64,000 bases of DNA, taken from NCBI GenBank assembly GCA_021513715.1, contig CP084167.1:2208001-2272000 (forward strand), in the 5' to 3' direction. The notes below the pieces were generated by a model. The model saw nothing but the letters and a program-made list of their open reading frames with translations, did not search any database and was not told the origin of the DNA. A program made the position numbers and the translations under genes. The DNA comes from Candidatus Heimdallarchaeum endolithica (GTDB lineage Archaea; Asgardarchaeota; Heimdallarchaeia; Heimdallarchaeales; Heimdallarchaeaceae). Of the stretch, positions 62,936 to 64,000 are shown in pieces (the stretch's first letter is position 1; each line of letters starts with the position of its first letter).

Positions 62936-63565
62936 TTAAAAAGTAACGACACCTCCAAAGAGTATTTTTATACTTAAAACAATTGCGACATGAACTATGG
63001 AGGTTATAATTAATTTTAAACTAATTCGGTTCTCTTTGCTAATGGATAATAAAAAATAATTATTCAGTAGATTAATTAGTAGGAAGGATATTGACATTGG
63101 AGAAAGTAGATTAAATGTATATTTTGAATATCCGTTTTTTAAAAAAGAATAAATTCCTGAGAAAAACGGGGCTATTCCCCCAATAATGGCAATAGTTACT
63201 AGAGTAATGATTCTAATGATTTTTAATCTTCGATTTAATATTTTTACTAGATTTTCCTTTTCTTTTATTGCTTCATTTCGTTTTTTTATAAGATTAGCTA
63301 CTGTTTTTATCCTAGTTACATTTTCCCTGTAATCAGCATTAGATGCTGAACCAAGTAAACTAATAATAACTGGATATTGAAACTCTACAAGTGACAGAGC
63401 TTCTATTGGATTAGACCCAAGTTGTATCTCTAATAATACATCTCTTGACATGTACGGAATCCCGAATATTGCTTGTTCAATATTATAACCCTCTTCTAAC
63501 AAAGTTGCTATATCGTTTAGAAAAGTATCATCAGAAATGTTCAGTTTTATCATTTTTTTCACCAA
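62936..63565 (-). CDS. Membrane protein, TadC/T2SS-F-like
   Basis: FLNDIATLLEEGYNIEQAI...EIQLGSNPIEAL followed by three TM helices; next to a pilin-like gene. Confidence 0.55.
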   Translation of the reverse strand: MVKKMIKLNISDDTFLNDIATLLEEGYNIEQAIFGIPYMSRDVLLEIQLGSNPIEALSLVEFQYPVIISLLGSASNADYRENVTRIKTVANLIKKRNEAIKEKENLVKILNRRLKIIRIITLVTIAIIGGIAPFFSGIYSFLKNGYSKYTFNLLSPMSISFLLINLLNNYFLLSISKENRISLKLIITSIVHVAIVLSIKILFGGVVTF

Positions 63566-64000
63566 AATTATTAAATTGTATAAATTGTAGAATTAAGGAT
63601 CCTATTAAGGAATACAATAATGGAAATAGAAAAATAAGAAAAGAATCACTAGAAAGAACTATAGACACAATAAGGCTTAAAATTAAAGGTAGTAGTGAAG
63701 AAAAAGCGATGAATATTGATATATTATCTTCAATAGCATTCATCTCTCTTTTTATTTTATTCAGAAAATAAGGGTCTGATTCAATAAAAGATTCTTTTCT
63801 CGCTATTCTTGAAAATGCTTGTTGATATTCCTTATATTCAAAAAAGTTTTTTTCTTCTTCCAAGACATGTGTTTCACTTTCGTTTAAGTTTAATTGAAAC
63901 ATCAAGTTTTTTTGGAAATTTTTTAATTTCAAATTTTGAACATCAAAATCATTAATCATCTCAAGAGCAAAAGGTAATGACTGAATCGCTGTCATGCTCA
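63531..64000 (-). CDS. Membrane protein, possibly TadB/T2SS-F-like (5' part probably outside the window)
   Basis: Helical domain then two TM helices; overlaps the downstream gene. Confidence 0.45.
   Translation of the reverse strand, partial: SMTAIQSLPFALEMINDFDVQNLKLKNFQKNLMFQLNLNESETHVLEEEKNFFEYKEYQQAFSRIARKESFIESDPYFLNKIKREMNAIEDNISIFIAFSSLLPLILSLIVSIVLSSDSFLIFLFPLLYSLIGSLILQFIQFNNFGEKNDKTEHF

Overview
AT-rich archaeal chromosome segment, most consistent with an Asgard archaeon (Heimdallarchaeia-like). Support: archaeal 16S, unsplit RpoB, a gelsolin-domain protein, a Urm1-like modifier and a PAC4-like gene. The left ~37 kb is an accessory island ending just downstream of a solitary 16S rRNA gene. 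Its core is a translationally coupled minus-strand operon: a membrane-anchored subtilase whose catalytic Ser appears lost, a 4,475-aa Ig-repeat surface protein, and a second giant ORF of >5,160 aa. The ORF track misses that second giant because it runs off the window. It has a signal peptide and an acidic Ca-binding/beta-rich body, then switches to a basic C-terminal region with two PD-(D/E)xK-like motifs, a polymorphic-toxin-like layout. The island also carries two stand-alone PD-(D/E)xK nucleases, a tandem 24-25 bp palindromic repeat, a ParA/MinD ATPase with an altered Walker A, and regulators. It resembles the twin-giant 'aloposon' elements described from Heimdallarchaeum. The right ~27 kb is core genome (topA, UbiD, uL16, uS7, rpoB, nusA, Sec61beta, cyclophilin, five tRNAs, part of a pilus locus). 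One PAC4-like gene there is hit by two insertions: a TIR-bounded TnpB element with a Fanzor-like rearranged RuvC site and a degenerate IS5-like element. A TnpB-less miniature copy of the first element sits next to the intron-containing tRNA(CAT). All protein calls are by eye from motifs; no searches were run.
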